Below, one piece after another: positions 18,801 through 26,253 of a stretch of DNA of 33,791 nt. Position 1 is the first letter of the stretch, and each line of letters starts with the position of its first letter. The stretch comes from Parcubacteria group bacterium (GTDB lineage: Bacteria; Patescibacteriota; Minisyncoccia; Phycocordibacterales; Zambryskibacteraceae). The position numbers were made by a program, and so were the translations under genes. The notes under the pieces were generated by a model. It saw nothing but the letters and a program-made list of their open reading frames with translations, ran no database searches and was not told the origin of the DNA. The stretch covers positions 1 to 33,791 of the forward strand of contig JAQBQW010000028.1 in the NCBI GenBank assembly GCA_028286805.1. Direction: 5' to 3'.

Positions 18801-21418
18801 GTAACCGGTGTCGATGTGGCTGCGCTGTTGATCAGCACGCGAGGCAACTCGGGAACATATTCTGTATTTTGAATTGGATCGGTTGTACCGGTATCCGTTG
18901 AAGTGGCAGACGTTCTGCCTTGAGCGTCGATGGCAACCACTTGATACGTATATGTAGTTGAAGAAGCAAGAAGTTTATCCGTATACCAATATCTGCTTGC
19001 GATAGTCGTCGTAGCTAATACGCTGTTCCTGTAAAGGTTGTAATGAAGCGCGGAACCGATTGGCGACGTCGATTGATCCCATAACAAGTCGATAAATGTC
19101 GGAGATACTCCGGTTGCCATAAAATTACCAGGGGCTGATGGTGCGTTGTTTACAGTAACTGAGATTGCACTTGATGTTGCAAAATTTCCCGCCGCATCTC
19201 TCGCTACCGCCTTTAATGTATGAATTCCGTCAGAAGTGGTGGAGGTGTTCAAACTTTGAGACGAACTCGCCATGTTCGCACCGCCATGAAATCCGATGCT
19301 TGTGTTATCCAAAAAGAATTCTATTCCAACAACTCCGATGTTATCAGAAGATGTCGCGCTGATGGTGAATGTGCTAATTCCATAGACCGTCGAACTTGCA
19401 GCGGGAGAAGTCAGCGTGATCGAAGGAGGTGTGACATCTGCCGAAAGAATAGTAAATGAAATTGTGTAATCAGAAAGATTCGCATTGGAGAAGGCGTCGC
19501 GACAGCGGACATAATACGTGTAGACAGCAGGAGTAAGGCCGGTCAGGCTTTGACTGTGCGCTGTACCGCCCGTTGTAGAAAATGTGGAAGCGATCGAAGC
19601 GTATGCGGTTCCCGCCACCGTTCCGTATTTACACGTTGCATTTTCGTCTGTCGTTACAGCCAACGTTACCGCGGTAGTCGTTGAAGTAAATGTTCCGGAA
19701 GGAGATCCTGCAGAAATTGCTGGGGCAACCGTATCGGAAGCGGGCGTAGTAGTTGCAACAGTACTCGACAATGACGACTCATTTCCTGCAGCATCAAATG
19801 CAGAGACCGCATACCCGTAAACGGTACTTGTAGCAAGACCTGAGTTCGCATAAAAAATACTTGTCGTGGTGGCGATAGAAACTGTCGGAGTACATGCGCC
19901 GCCGGTACAGCGGTAAATATTGTAGTACGACACTCCGACCGCATCAGTCGAACTTGCCCATGCAAGATTTATCAATGTCGGAGAGGCCGGCGTTGCAGTG
20001 AGGCCGGTTGGAGTTGTCGGCGCCACAATATCTAAAAATTCGTCGGCTCCGATATCCCATGTTCCCGATCGGGTTTCGCCATCAATGTCGGTTGTAAACG
20101 GAAAGACGGCATCTGCTGCGAGGCTAGCTCCCTGATCTTTTGCTGATATATCGGTACCGAGCAAATGGTAGTTTGGGGTAGATGTGCTGACAAACAATAC
20201 CGTTTTAAGCGTCTTTGGGTTTGTGCCGTTAGAGGTACTGTCAGAGGAAAGGTTGTTCGTTCGAACGACCGTCGCGCTTCCGAAAGAATTGTAGTCATAA
20301 TCTCCGGCCGGATGTCCTGTGGAAAGGTTGTTTTTGATCCAATATGCACCGGCACTGGTAGTAGCATATCCTTCAACATATAACCCCTTGCTTGAAGAGG
20401 GTCCGGCCACCAAGGTGTTGTTATAGATATACGCCTTGCCGGAAAAGCTTTCCATTTTTATATTTACAAAAAATCCGTAAATAACGTTGTTCACAATTTT
20501 TACAACGTACACAGGAGGGGCGCTGCTCGTGTTAAAAACAACTCCTGCATTGGAAGCATCCACAGCGGTACCGGTTTTTTTCAAAACTGAATTCGTAATC
20601 ACCACCGAGGCATCAGTCGTTGCGTTTACCGCCGTCCAAATAGCATCGCCCTGCTCTCCTCCTCCAATCTGATTCCTATTATTTTCAATTTGAATTCCAT
20701 CAATGGTAATAAAAATTCTGTCCGGCAAAAGAAGCGTTCCGAAATAGTTGTTTGAAGTGACGTGATATTTTGTATCATCCCACACTCCGTTTGGTCTCTG
20801 CGATACTCCGACTTCAGTAGATAATCCCGGAGAAAACAAACGAATGTTTCGCGTCGCATCCGTTACCCAAGGCGTGCTCAATTGTCGCGTACCGAAATCA
20901 ACAATATCAACATCTCCGCTTGTTCCATTTCCATACAATGCAATGTTCCATTGCTGATCCGCTGTCACCAAGTTGAGACCGGTGGTGAATGTATCAAAAT
21001 TTCTGAGTCCGGAAGTAATGCCGGTGTTCTCAATTCCAGACACAACGTTTTGGAGAGAAGTATATGCACGGTAAATGGCCCAGTTCTGCATCGAGCTTGT
21101 GGTGGTCGAAAGCGAAGCTCCGGATGCTGTCACAAGAGAATAAACTGTCGAGCTGGTGCGTCCTGAAATAAATGCGATCGTGTCTGTGGCTGAAGCGGAA
21201 GCAAAGACAAGAGCATCTCCCACTCCAATATTTGTTGGTAGCGGAGAAGCAAACGTGGCAACAGATCCGGAAACAGTGAGCGCATTTGATCCTCCTATTG
21301 TCAGTGCTGATGACTTACCGGATGCAACAGAACGATAGATTGCCGACGCTGCAAAAACGTGATGAGACGAAAGTACGAAAAAAAGTAAGAAAACAAATCC
21401 AAAAAAAACTTTCTTCAT
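15899..21418 (-). CDS. 1839-aa secreted modular surface protein: two beta-helix-like domains, FN3, Ig-like (Big), three Cys-pair repeats, C-terminal peptidoglycan-binding-like domain
   Basis: Signal peptide (VFA); repeated I.NN/YNNT strands; DIDGETR..WDIGADEF; AVARDAAGN Ig units; RDLEIGAKGNDVYDLQKLL...YFGPLTKTALAEFQ..GYYGPKT. Confidence 0.9.
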   Translation of the reverse strand: MKKVFFGFVFLLFFVLSSHHVFAASAIYRSVASGKSSALTIGGSNALTVSGSVATFASPLPTNIGVGDALVFASASATDTIAFISGRTSSTVYSLVTASGASLSTTTSSMQNWAIYRAYTSLQNVVSGIENTGITSGLRNFDTFTTGLNLVTADQQWNIALYGNGTSGDVDIVDFGTRQLSTPWVTDATRNIRLFSPGLSTEVGVSQRPNGVWDDTKYHVTSNNYFGTLLLPDRIFITIDGIQIENNRNQIGGGEQGDAIWTAVNATTDASVVITNSVLKKTGTAVDASNAGVVFNTSSAPPVYVVKIVNNVIYGFFVNIKMESFSGKAYIYNNTLVAGPSSSKGLYVEGYATTSAGAYWIKNNLSTGHPAGDYDYNSFGSATVVRTNNLSSDSTSNGTNPKTLKTVLFVSTSTPNYHLLGTDISAKDQGASLAADAVFPFTTDIDGETRSGTWDIGADEFLDIVAPTTPTGLTATPASPTLINLAWASSTDAVGVSYYNIYRCTGGACTPTVSIATTTSIFYANSGLATSTVYGYAVSAFDAAGNESSLSSTVATTTPASDTVAPAISAGSPSGTFTSTTTAVTLAVTTDENATCKYGTVAGTAYASIASTFSTTGGTAHSQSLTGLTPAVYTYYVRCRDAFSNANLSDYTISFTILSADVTPPSITLTSPAASSTVYGISTFTISATSSDNIGVVGIEFFLDNTSIGFHGGANMASSSQSLNTSTTSDGIHTLKAVARDAAGNFATSSAISVTVNNAPSAPGNFMATGVSPTFIDLLWDQSTSPIGSALHYNLYRNSVLATTTIASRYWYTDKLLASSTTYTYQVVAIDAQGRTSATSTDTGTTDPIQNTEYVPELPRVLINSAATSTPVTGVTWNATTTAALYYILPRASLGDEIILTAGQTYSGPFVLPKITTGSGWLTIRTSDMAGLETEGNRVSSTSASHMAKIITTDTGPAIQTVAQTHNIRMIGIEVASAVSTGFVADEFNYNGQLIDTGGSRDIFGNPSGILGDLPHDLIFDRMYIHGNDADSDRRGISMNSATTTVVDSYISNFKTCGFDAQAINGLNSFGPYKIVNNFLEASGENLNFGGGDPAILGAVPSDIEFRHNYLYKPASWRTDATYCALSRSDGQPWWNVKNLFELKTAQRMLIDGNILDGNWNANQDGTGVNIKGNNQQDSGGAGATTTIVANITFTNNIIRNVGAILKIPSDSGDGENLMIPAQKMLFANNLGYNVNTPPYIGDKGSALTLFDSQTDMTFKHNTFIATTSGFAIEPAGMPDSNTRINDNLIAGATYGVKAPGLTEGTQSVGVFTGSGTFLNNLIQSTNNASYPATNVALASISSVNFVNLAGQDFRLASNSPGHNTASDGTDIGVNMTTLNAKTAGVLTGDFAPPVVSGGSPAGVISTTTSATLTVVTDENATCKYGTVPGTAYASIASTFSSTGGTSHSQGLTGLSVGAHSYYVRCSDINSFVNPTDYTISFTIGSGGDVTPPTVSMTAPTNGATVSGSSVAVSATASDNTSVIGVQFKLDGTNLGTEDTSSAYGITWNTTSATDGSHSLVAVARDGAGNYATSTAVTVTVSNGAGDTTPPVISGVSPSGTLTAGVASVSVHVTTNENATCRYSTSAGTPYISMSGLFIFTGSTSHSFGANFLQASTTYTYYIRCVDQLGNANLSDEIVTFTLPPFTAGGNGALTLSISGKRRTSSSASSPSPVTPQNTSLSAQQILLIQNNRSLILQAQLLGIVVPQSLLDVLASVPVSTGRDLEIGAKGNDVYDLQKLLATLNAGPAARALVKNGITHYFGPLTKTALAEFQVKYGITPPVGYYGPKTQTFIQSNIR
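16373..16660 (-). repeat. Diverged copy of the Cys-pair module (TNENATCRYST...YYIRCVD)
   Basis: Protein similarity to the other three copies. Confidence 0.8.
16970..17251 (-). repeat. Copy of the Cys-pair module
   Basis: DNA core gtggaagcgatcgaagcgtacgcggttcccggcaccgttccgtatttacacgttgc is nearly identical to the copy near 19584-19639. Confidence 0.9.
19451..19735 (-). repeat. Copy of the Cys-pair module
   Basis: TDENATCKYGTVAGTAYASIASTFSTTGGTAHSQSLTGL; near-identical core to 16970-17251. Confidence 0.9.
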
Positions 21419-21663
21419 TTACAATAATAATAGCATTCGATTCATTCACGGCCTATACAAAATATGGCTAATCAAATGACTATTTTGAAGAATTGGGGGT
21501 TTTTTAATTTAGACAAAAAATGATTAAGAAAATTATTTTTAAATTTTAAGATGCTAAATTTCAAATTTAAAATTGTAGTTAAAGGACATGATCTCTAACA
21601 TTTCTTTATAAACCTTAATAATCCATTAAAGTGAAATCATCATTATCTATAAATGTTTATAAC

Positions 21664-21689
21664 AAAAAACCTCCCGAAGGAGGCTTTTT
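21664..21689 (-). terminator. Intrinsic terminator after the RRM gene (possibly bidirectional)
   Basis: Minus strand aaaaaGCCTCC-TTCG-GGAGGTttttt: cUUCGg hairpin plus U tract. Confidence 0.85.
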
Positions 21690-21719
21690 GTTCTTTTCCC
21701 TCTTGCGAGAGAATTGAGA

Positions 21720-22007
21720 TTACATAGGACGTCGGTTGTCCATACGAGGAGCACGAGGTTCCAATGGACGAGCGATGTTGACGGTAAGCTTTCGACCTTC
21801 GAAATCCATACCGTTCCACATGTTGATAGCTGCATCTGCTTCTGCTTCTGAAGCCATTTCGACGAATCCGAAGCCTTTTGATCGGCCTGTCATACGATCG
21901 ATAATGATCGAAGCTGAAGTAACGTTACCTGCCTTCGCGAATGCTGCGCGGAGACCGTCTTCTGTCGTAGTATATGGAATACCACCGACATAGAGCTTTG
22001 TTTGCAT
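21720..22007 (-). CDS. RRM (RNP-1) RNA-binding protein
   Basis: RNP2 LYVGGI, RNP1 KGFGFVEM and GRKLTVNIARP. Confidence 0.95.
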   Translation of the reverse strand: MQTKLYVGGIPYTTTEDGLRAAFAKAGNVTSASIIIDRMTGRSKGFGFVEMASEAEADAAINMWNGMDFEGRKLTVNIARPLEPRAPRMDNRRPM

Positions 22008-22127
22008 ATATCTTGTGTGCCGGCCTTTAAGTTAATATGTAAGCGCCGGGCCATTCTCTTCACAACGTCCTTCGGAACAAACCGGAGAAAACATCTAAAC
22101 GAGAAACTTACATAGCCGTATTATCCC

Positions 22128-22505
22128 TTAATCCTGGCTTTTTTGCAAGTCGAGGCAGACTGAGTTGATACAGTACCTTTTTCCAGTAGAAGTGGGACCG
22201 TCATCGAATACGTGGCCTAAATGAGCTCCACAATGAGCGCATTCGACTTCAGTTCGATTCATACCCATTGAAGTATCCTGTTTGAGGACCACATTTTTGT
22301 TATTAACTGGGTTATCAAACGAAGGCCATCCAGTGCCTGAATCAAACTTGGCATCAGAGGCAAACAGTTCGTGTCCGCATGATTTGCAGACATACATGCC
22401 CTTGTCTTTGGTATGTACGTATTCGCCGCTAAATGGGGCCTCAGTGCCCTTTTCTCTCATTACTCGATACTCTTCGTCTGTGAGTTCTTTTTTTGGTGTA
22501 TTCAT
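22128..22505 (-). CDS. msrB: Peptide methionine-R-sulfoxide reductase
   Basis: GTEAPF, two CxxC, GTGWPSF, HLGHVF.DGP and RYCINS. Confidence 0.96.
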   Translation of the reverse strand: MNTPKKELTDEEYRVMREKGTEAPFSGEYVHTKDKGMYVCKSCGHELFASDAKFDSGTGWPSFDNPVNNKNVVLKQDTSMGMNRTEVECAHCGAHLGHVFDDGPTSTGKRYCINSVCLDLQKSQD

Positions 22506-22749
22506 GACAGTAATTATAACTTTTATTGAAATAAAATGTAGGTGTGTGATTTTAAATTATTCCTGGAGGAATACTAAACATTGATAACCATTAGTATGTT
22601 TTTGACGCATGTTAGCCGTATTTTAAAATTGGATGATTTTAAGTATTTTGATCGTTCTGCAAAAGAAGAAATTAATTTTAGGGATATTATCTATTCTGTT
22701 CTGAGTGGGCAATCCAAAACTGAAACTTTTTTGAAATCTACTATTTTAG

Positions 22750-22758
22750 TTATCCACA
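22750..22758 (+). promoter_or_regulatory. Single consensus DnaA box
   Basis: TTATCCACA at the end of an AT-rich intergenic region. Confidence 0.45.
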
Positions 22759-22760
22759 GC

Positions 22761-23225
22761 TCAGAAATTAGTTTCTGAATATTCGAAGTTTTTGATCTCA
22801 TTCCCCTCTTTGTTGAAATTCACCGTAACAAGAATTTGTTTGTTTTCCAAAACGATTGGAAGCCATTTTGCATCTGCTACCCACATTTCGGAATAGGGTA
22901 ATTCGTTTTTTGGAAACCATTTTGGATTCATCTCTTCCGTTTCTTCCGCATCTCCATTCCATTCTTTTAAAAGAAAAACATGACATTCGAATTTATGTTC
23001 GCCATCGAAATAAAAATTAACGACCGCTACTTGTTTCAAATCTTTTTCTTCTGCAATTAAATTTGATTCTTCTTTTAATTCTCTGACCGCTGCGGAAGAA
23101 ATATTTTCTGTCTCTTCAACTTTTCCTCCATATCCATTCCATTTGCCGGAACCGAATCCGCGTTTTTTCATGGCGAGTAATATCTGATCCTCTTTGACAC
23201 AGAATATAAGTGTGGTCTTTTTCAT
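22761..23225 (-). CDS. NUDIX hydrolase, 8-oxo-dGTPase (MTH1/NUDT1-like)
   Basis: KKRGFG.GKWNGYGGKVE, AAVRELKEES Nudix box, ETEEM.P.WF and MW.AD..W. Start moved to MKKTT (23225). Confidence 0.9.
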   Translation of the reverse strand: MKKTTLIFCVKEDQILLAMKKRGFGSGKWNGYGGKVEETENISSAAVRELKEESNLIAEEKDLKQVAVVNFYFDGEHKFECHVFLLKEWNGDAEETEEMNPKWFPKNELPYSEMWVADAKWLPIVLENKQILVTVNFNKEGNEIKNFEYSETNF

Positions 23226-23276
23226 GTTTATAATTATGCCACTATTTGAGAAATAGTGTAGTACTATTAATAGATC

Positions 23277-23546
23277 ATGAATCACCGAGATTCACATCAC
23301 CATATAATCGACAAGCTGGCAGTCGTGGTTGCCGTTTTGAGTGCGGTGGCATTGTACCCCCAGCTCTATTCCCTTTTGAAATACGGAGACGGAAAAGAAA
23401 CCCTGTCTGCGGTTTCGTTTGGATTAATTTTCGTGAACAACATTGTGTGGACCTGGTACGGGTATCACAGAAAAATGCTTCCCATTACTCTCTCTTCGAT
23501 TATTACGTGTATCGCTTCGGGTTGGATTCTTCTTTTGATAATCTAG
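23277..23546 (+). CDS. SemiSWEET/PQ-loop family small transporter (3 TM)
   Basis: 89 aa; ALYPQL motif, LS, W.WYG and P in the third helix. Confidence 0.75.
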   Translation: MNHRDSHHHIIDKLAVVVAVLSAVALYPQLYSLLKYGDGKETLSAVSFGLIFVNNIVWTWYGYHRKMLPITLSSIITCIASGWILLLII

Positions 23547-24247
23547 TTTGTTTCCGATAATTAAATAAAATAATCGCCATCCAGACGATTACTATTCCGT
23601 ATGCAATAAATGAACCGGTGCTTGTTAAAGAGCCCGTTCCCCCGCCTGCAACCACTAACGCTTTATCTCCGGAAATATATACCAGGATTCCCACCACGCT
23701 GTTCCAAAAAATTGAAGCTAAAACTGAATACGTAAAAAATGTTTTAAACGGCAACTGAATAATGCCTGCGGCAGTATCCGTTAGTGCGGCAAAGCTTGGA
23801 GACCAGTAACTGAGGACAATTGCTATTGGTCCCCTTTTCTGCAATCTCTCCCGGGCCCCCCTCGACGGCATTTGTCATCCCAAACTTAACCAGAAGGCGA
23901 TACCAGCCGTGCTTGCCCAGGAAATAATTCACCCCATGGCTAATAATTAAAGCCACCGTTGCTACGGTAATGACCAGCACTGCTTCATATGGGGTGTCCG
24001 AAGCAATCACTCCTATAAAGATAACGAACACGCCTGGGAAATAGTTCCCTATAAGAAGCATTCCCTCGAGGAGAGCACTGAAAAAGAGTACGGGCAGTCC
24101 GTATGTGTCGAATATCCCCTTGATCATGGGGGTAAGCTCCTCAATGGGAGGCAAATGAAATATCCTCCATCCTATGGATAGAGACAGGTACAGAGCGAGG
24201 CAGAGCAATGGAGCCGAGAACAACTTTAAATAGTGTTTAATTTTCAT
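23503..24247 (-). pseudogene. DedA/SNARE-associated membrane protein, split by an apparent one-base frameshift in a G6 run (23856-23861)
   Basis: 5' ORF has LLEG..LIGNYFPG and NYFLGKHG; 3' ORF has RERLQKRG.IAI, TAAG..QLPFKTF..YS..ASIFW. Removing one G joins them (AVEGARERL). Confidence 0.75.
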
Positions 24248-24248
24248 A

Positions 24249-24788
24249 TTAAAACTTTAGAGGAATATCGATGAGTTTCTGATACGGTTCATCATTCTCT
24301 TTTTGATACACCCGAACGCTGTCTACCTGAAACGAAGGGATGGTATAAAATTCAAACTCCGCTTTCTTTTTCATTTCCTTCAATTCTTCGAGAGACATTC
24401 CTCCCCAGGTGGTTTCGCCGAGGGTGAGATGGGGATGGTATAGAGATCCTTCATAGAATTTCTTTTGTTCTTCTAAATCTAGATTCAAAAGAGTGACAAG
24501 CTTCATGTGAAGGTCTATGAGACCTTGGGAGAATTCCGGATTCAAGAACAGCACCCGATCTTCGAATCCATCCAAGCCGCTTAGTTTAATAGAGAATCTT
24601 GGATGGTTTCCTATTATGGTCATAACCTTGGCGAGCCAGGATTTGTCTTCGGTCAGACCATTTGGAGCTTTTAGGGTGATATGCGGCTCCGTGAAATACG
24701 GGACTTTGTTTGAAGGAAAGCTCTTTTGGAACCCTGCAATTCGTTCCTTGGTGGAGAGAGGAGGGACGATGCCGATGAAGAATTTCAT
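24249..24788 (-). CDS. 2H phosphoesterase (2'-5' RNA ligase/YjcG-like family)
   Basis: Two HxT motifs: PHITL and PHLTL. Confidence 0.88.
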   Translation of the reverse strand: MKFFIGIVPPLSTKERIAGFQKSFPSNKVPYFTEPHITLKAPNGLTEDKSWLAKVMTIIGNHPRFSIKLSGLDGFEDRVLFLNPEFSQGLIDLHMKLVTLLNLDLEEQKKFYEGSLYHPHLTLGETTWGGMSLEELKEMKKKAEFEFYTIPSFQVDSVRVYQKENDEPYQKLIDIPLKF

Positions 24789-24816
24789 TGCATAAACATA
24801 CTAGCACTATCTTTTA

Positions 24817-24842
24817 AGAAAAAAGAACGTCGAGACGTTCTT
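24817..24842 (-). terminator. Intrinsic terminator after orphan gene
   Basis: Minus strand AAGAACGT-CTCG-ACGTTCTT-TTTTCT immediately after the TAG. Confidence 0.7.
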
Positions 24843-24843
24843 G

Positions 24844-25197
24844 CTATCTGCTACCCGGAGCCGGAAGGCCTTTCAATCGGGCGTATTCGAGATCGACCAT
24901 ATACACGTCTTTCAAACTTCCGTCCACACATTCGGCTGTACGCGGAGACAACTTGTATGTTAAAACCCGGACGCTGCAACGATGATTCCAGTCCGGATGC
25001 CAACACACCGTTATTTCTCCAGTGAAAGTCGCGTCTCCTTCCTTTGCTTTCGCCCGGAACTTTAGATCTCCACCCCATTCTTTTCCAAGCTCGACCGAGG
25101 ATTCATCGAGAGAAGTCTTTGGAAGGATGGCGTTGACACCGACGGCAAATGCCTTGCGGATGGTTTGGTAATGCCATTCGGATACAAGTTCTGACAT
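24844..25197 (-). CDS. Hypothetical protein (117 aa orphan)
   Basis: ATG at 25197 has GGAG 5 nt upstream; ORF ends directly at a terminator; no family recognised. Confidence 0.65.
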   Translation of the reverse strand: MSELVSEWHYQTIRKAFAVGVNAILPKTSLDESSVELGKEWGGDLKFRAKAKEGDATFTGEITVCWHPDWNHRCSVRVLTYKLSPRTAECVDGSLKDVYMVDLEYARLKGLPAPGSR

Positions 25198-25271
25198 GTT
25201 AACTCCGCTCGAGAGAGTTCGTGCTTCTATTCTTACGATACCATACACCCACTTAAGCCTTCAAATATTTG

Positions 25272-25358
25272 CGGAGGCGGAGAGATTTGAACTCTCGAGG
25301 CCCTTTCGAGCCTGCCACCTTTCCAAGGTGGTGGAATAAACCACTATCCGACGCCTCC
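25272..25358 (-). tRNA. tRNA-Ser (anticodon GGA), CCA not encoded
   Basis: GGAGGCG/CGCCTCC acceptor stem, CCACC-TTGGAAA-GGTGG anticodon arm, long variable arm AGGCTCGAAAGGGCCT, GAGAG-TTCAAAT-CTCTC T arm, discriminator G. Confidence 0.97.
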
Positions 25359-25391
25359 AGTGCTACAGAGAGTAGCAGATTTTAAGTGGAG

Positions 25392-26249
25392 CTACCACTT
25401 CCCACTCGCTCCCCCTCCTCCAGACATTCCTCCGCCAAATCCTCCGAATCCTCCACCTCCCCCAAACCCTCTTCCCCCTCCCATAAAGAAAGGCGGGAAC
25501 GGACCCTTTCCGTTTCCTCCGTGCCTCGACACAAGGAAATCAAAGAGGAGTCCGAGAGGAATTAATATAATGAGAGAAATGATTCCAATGGTTACTCCAA
25601 GGAAGATAAAGAGTGCAATGCCGACAACTCCTCCAATCACTCCTCCCAGCCACCATGATTTAGATCGTCCTAAATAACTTCCCAGTACAACAAGGAAGAA
25701 TATAAAAGGATACATTAACCGGCCAAGGAAAGAATAATCTCTTGTTTGGGGAGCTGTATATTCCGCGACAGGAAATTCTTTCGCAGCATCCTTTTCTAAC
25801 CGCTGCACTGCTCCAACCACTCCGGAATCATAATCTCCCGCTTGAAAAGCGGGAACAATCACTTCAGAGATAATATGCGCGCTTTCAATATCGGTAATGG
25901 CAGGTTCGAGTCCGTATCCAACTTCAATGCGCACTTCTTTTTCATTGGGAGCAATCAAAAGAAGCACTCCGTTGTCTTTCTTCTCTGTTCCGATTCCCCA
26001 TTCCTTGAATAGCTTCACCGCATACGTCTCGATGGTTTCTCCAGTAATGTCTGGAACGGTGGCAACGCTGATTTCGCTGGTTGTTTGTGCAGCAAAGGTG
26101 GTCAGTTCCGTGTTCAGAAACGTCACGGTCTCTGGTTTCAAGATACCGGCGAAATCATTCACGTATCCAGTTGGCTTGCCTGGAGAGGTATAGGCAAACA
26201 GCGCGAGAGGAAAAAGAAAGACGATAAGAGAAGCGCCAATCTTTTTCAT
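25392..26249 (-). CDS. TPM-domain membrane protein (YgcG-like)
   Basis: VNDFAGIL, WGIG..KKDNGVLLL, RIEVGYGLE and Gly-rich tail GGGGASGKW. Confidence 0.93.
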   Translation of the reverse strand: MKKIGASLIVFLFPLALFAYTSPGKPTGYVNDFAGILKPETVTFLNTELTTFAAQTTSEISVATVPDITGETIETYAVKLFKEWGIGTEKKDNGVLLLIAPNEKEVRIEVGYGLEPAITDIESAHIISEVIVPAFQAGDYDSGVVGAVQRLEKDAAKEFPVAEYTAPQTRDYSFLGRLMYPFIFFLVVLGSYLGRSKSWWLGGVIGGVVGIALFIFLGVTIGIISLIILIPLGLLFDFLVSRHGGNGKGPFPPFFMGGGRGFGGGGGFGGFGGGMSGGGGASGKW

Positions 26250-26253
26250 AAGA

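Noticed and set aside
16373-19735. Repeats as a CRISPR array or DGR template/variable pair
   Set aside because: They are coding and in-frame, with no regular spacers, no cas or reverse transcriptase gene, and mismatches not restricted to adenines.
397-19820. Three similar plus-strand ORFs (AIEAY.V..TVPYLHVAFSSV) resembling a small gene family
   Set aside because: They are antisense readings of the repeated stalk module.
21470-22760. Replication origin
   Set aside because: Only one perfect DnaA box, no box cluster and no dnaA/dnaN nearby.
24801-24830. CTAGCACT as a CIRCE half-site
   Set aside because: No second arm; it is explained by the minus-strand extended -10. No CIRCE was seen upstream of groES either.
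22761-25272. Genomic island integrated at tRNA-Ser
   Set aside because: No integrase and no duplicated tRNA 3' end found by eye.
25360-25677. Proline-rich 105-aa ORF
   Set aside because: It is the antisense of the Gly-rich TPM tail.
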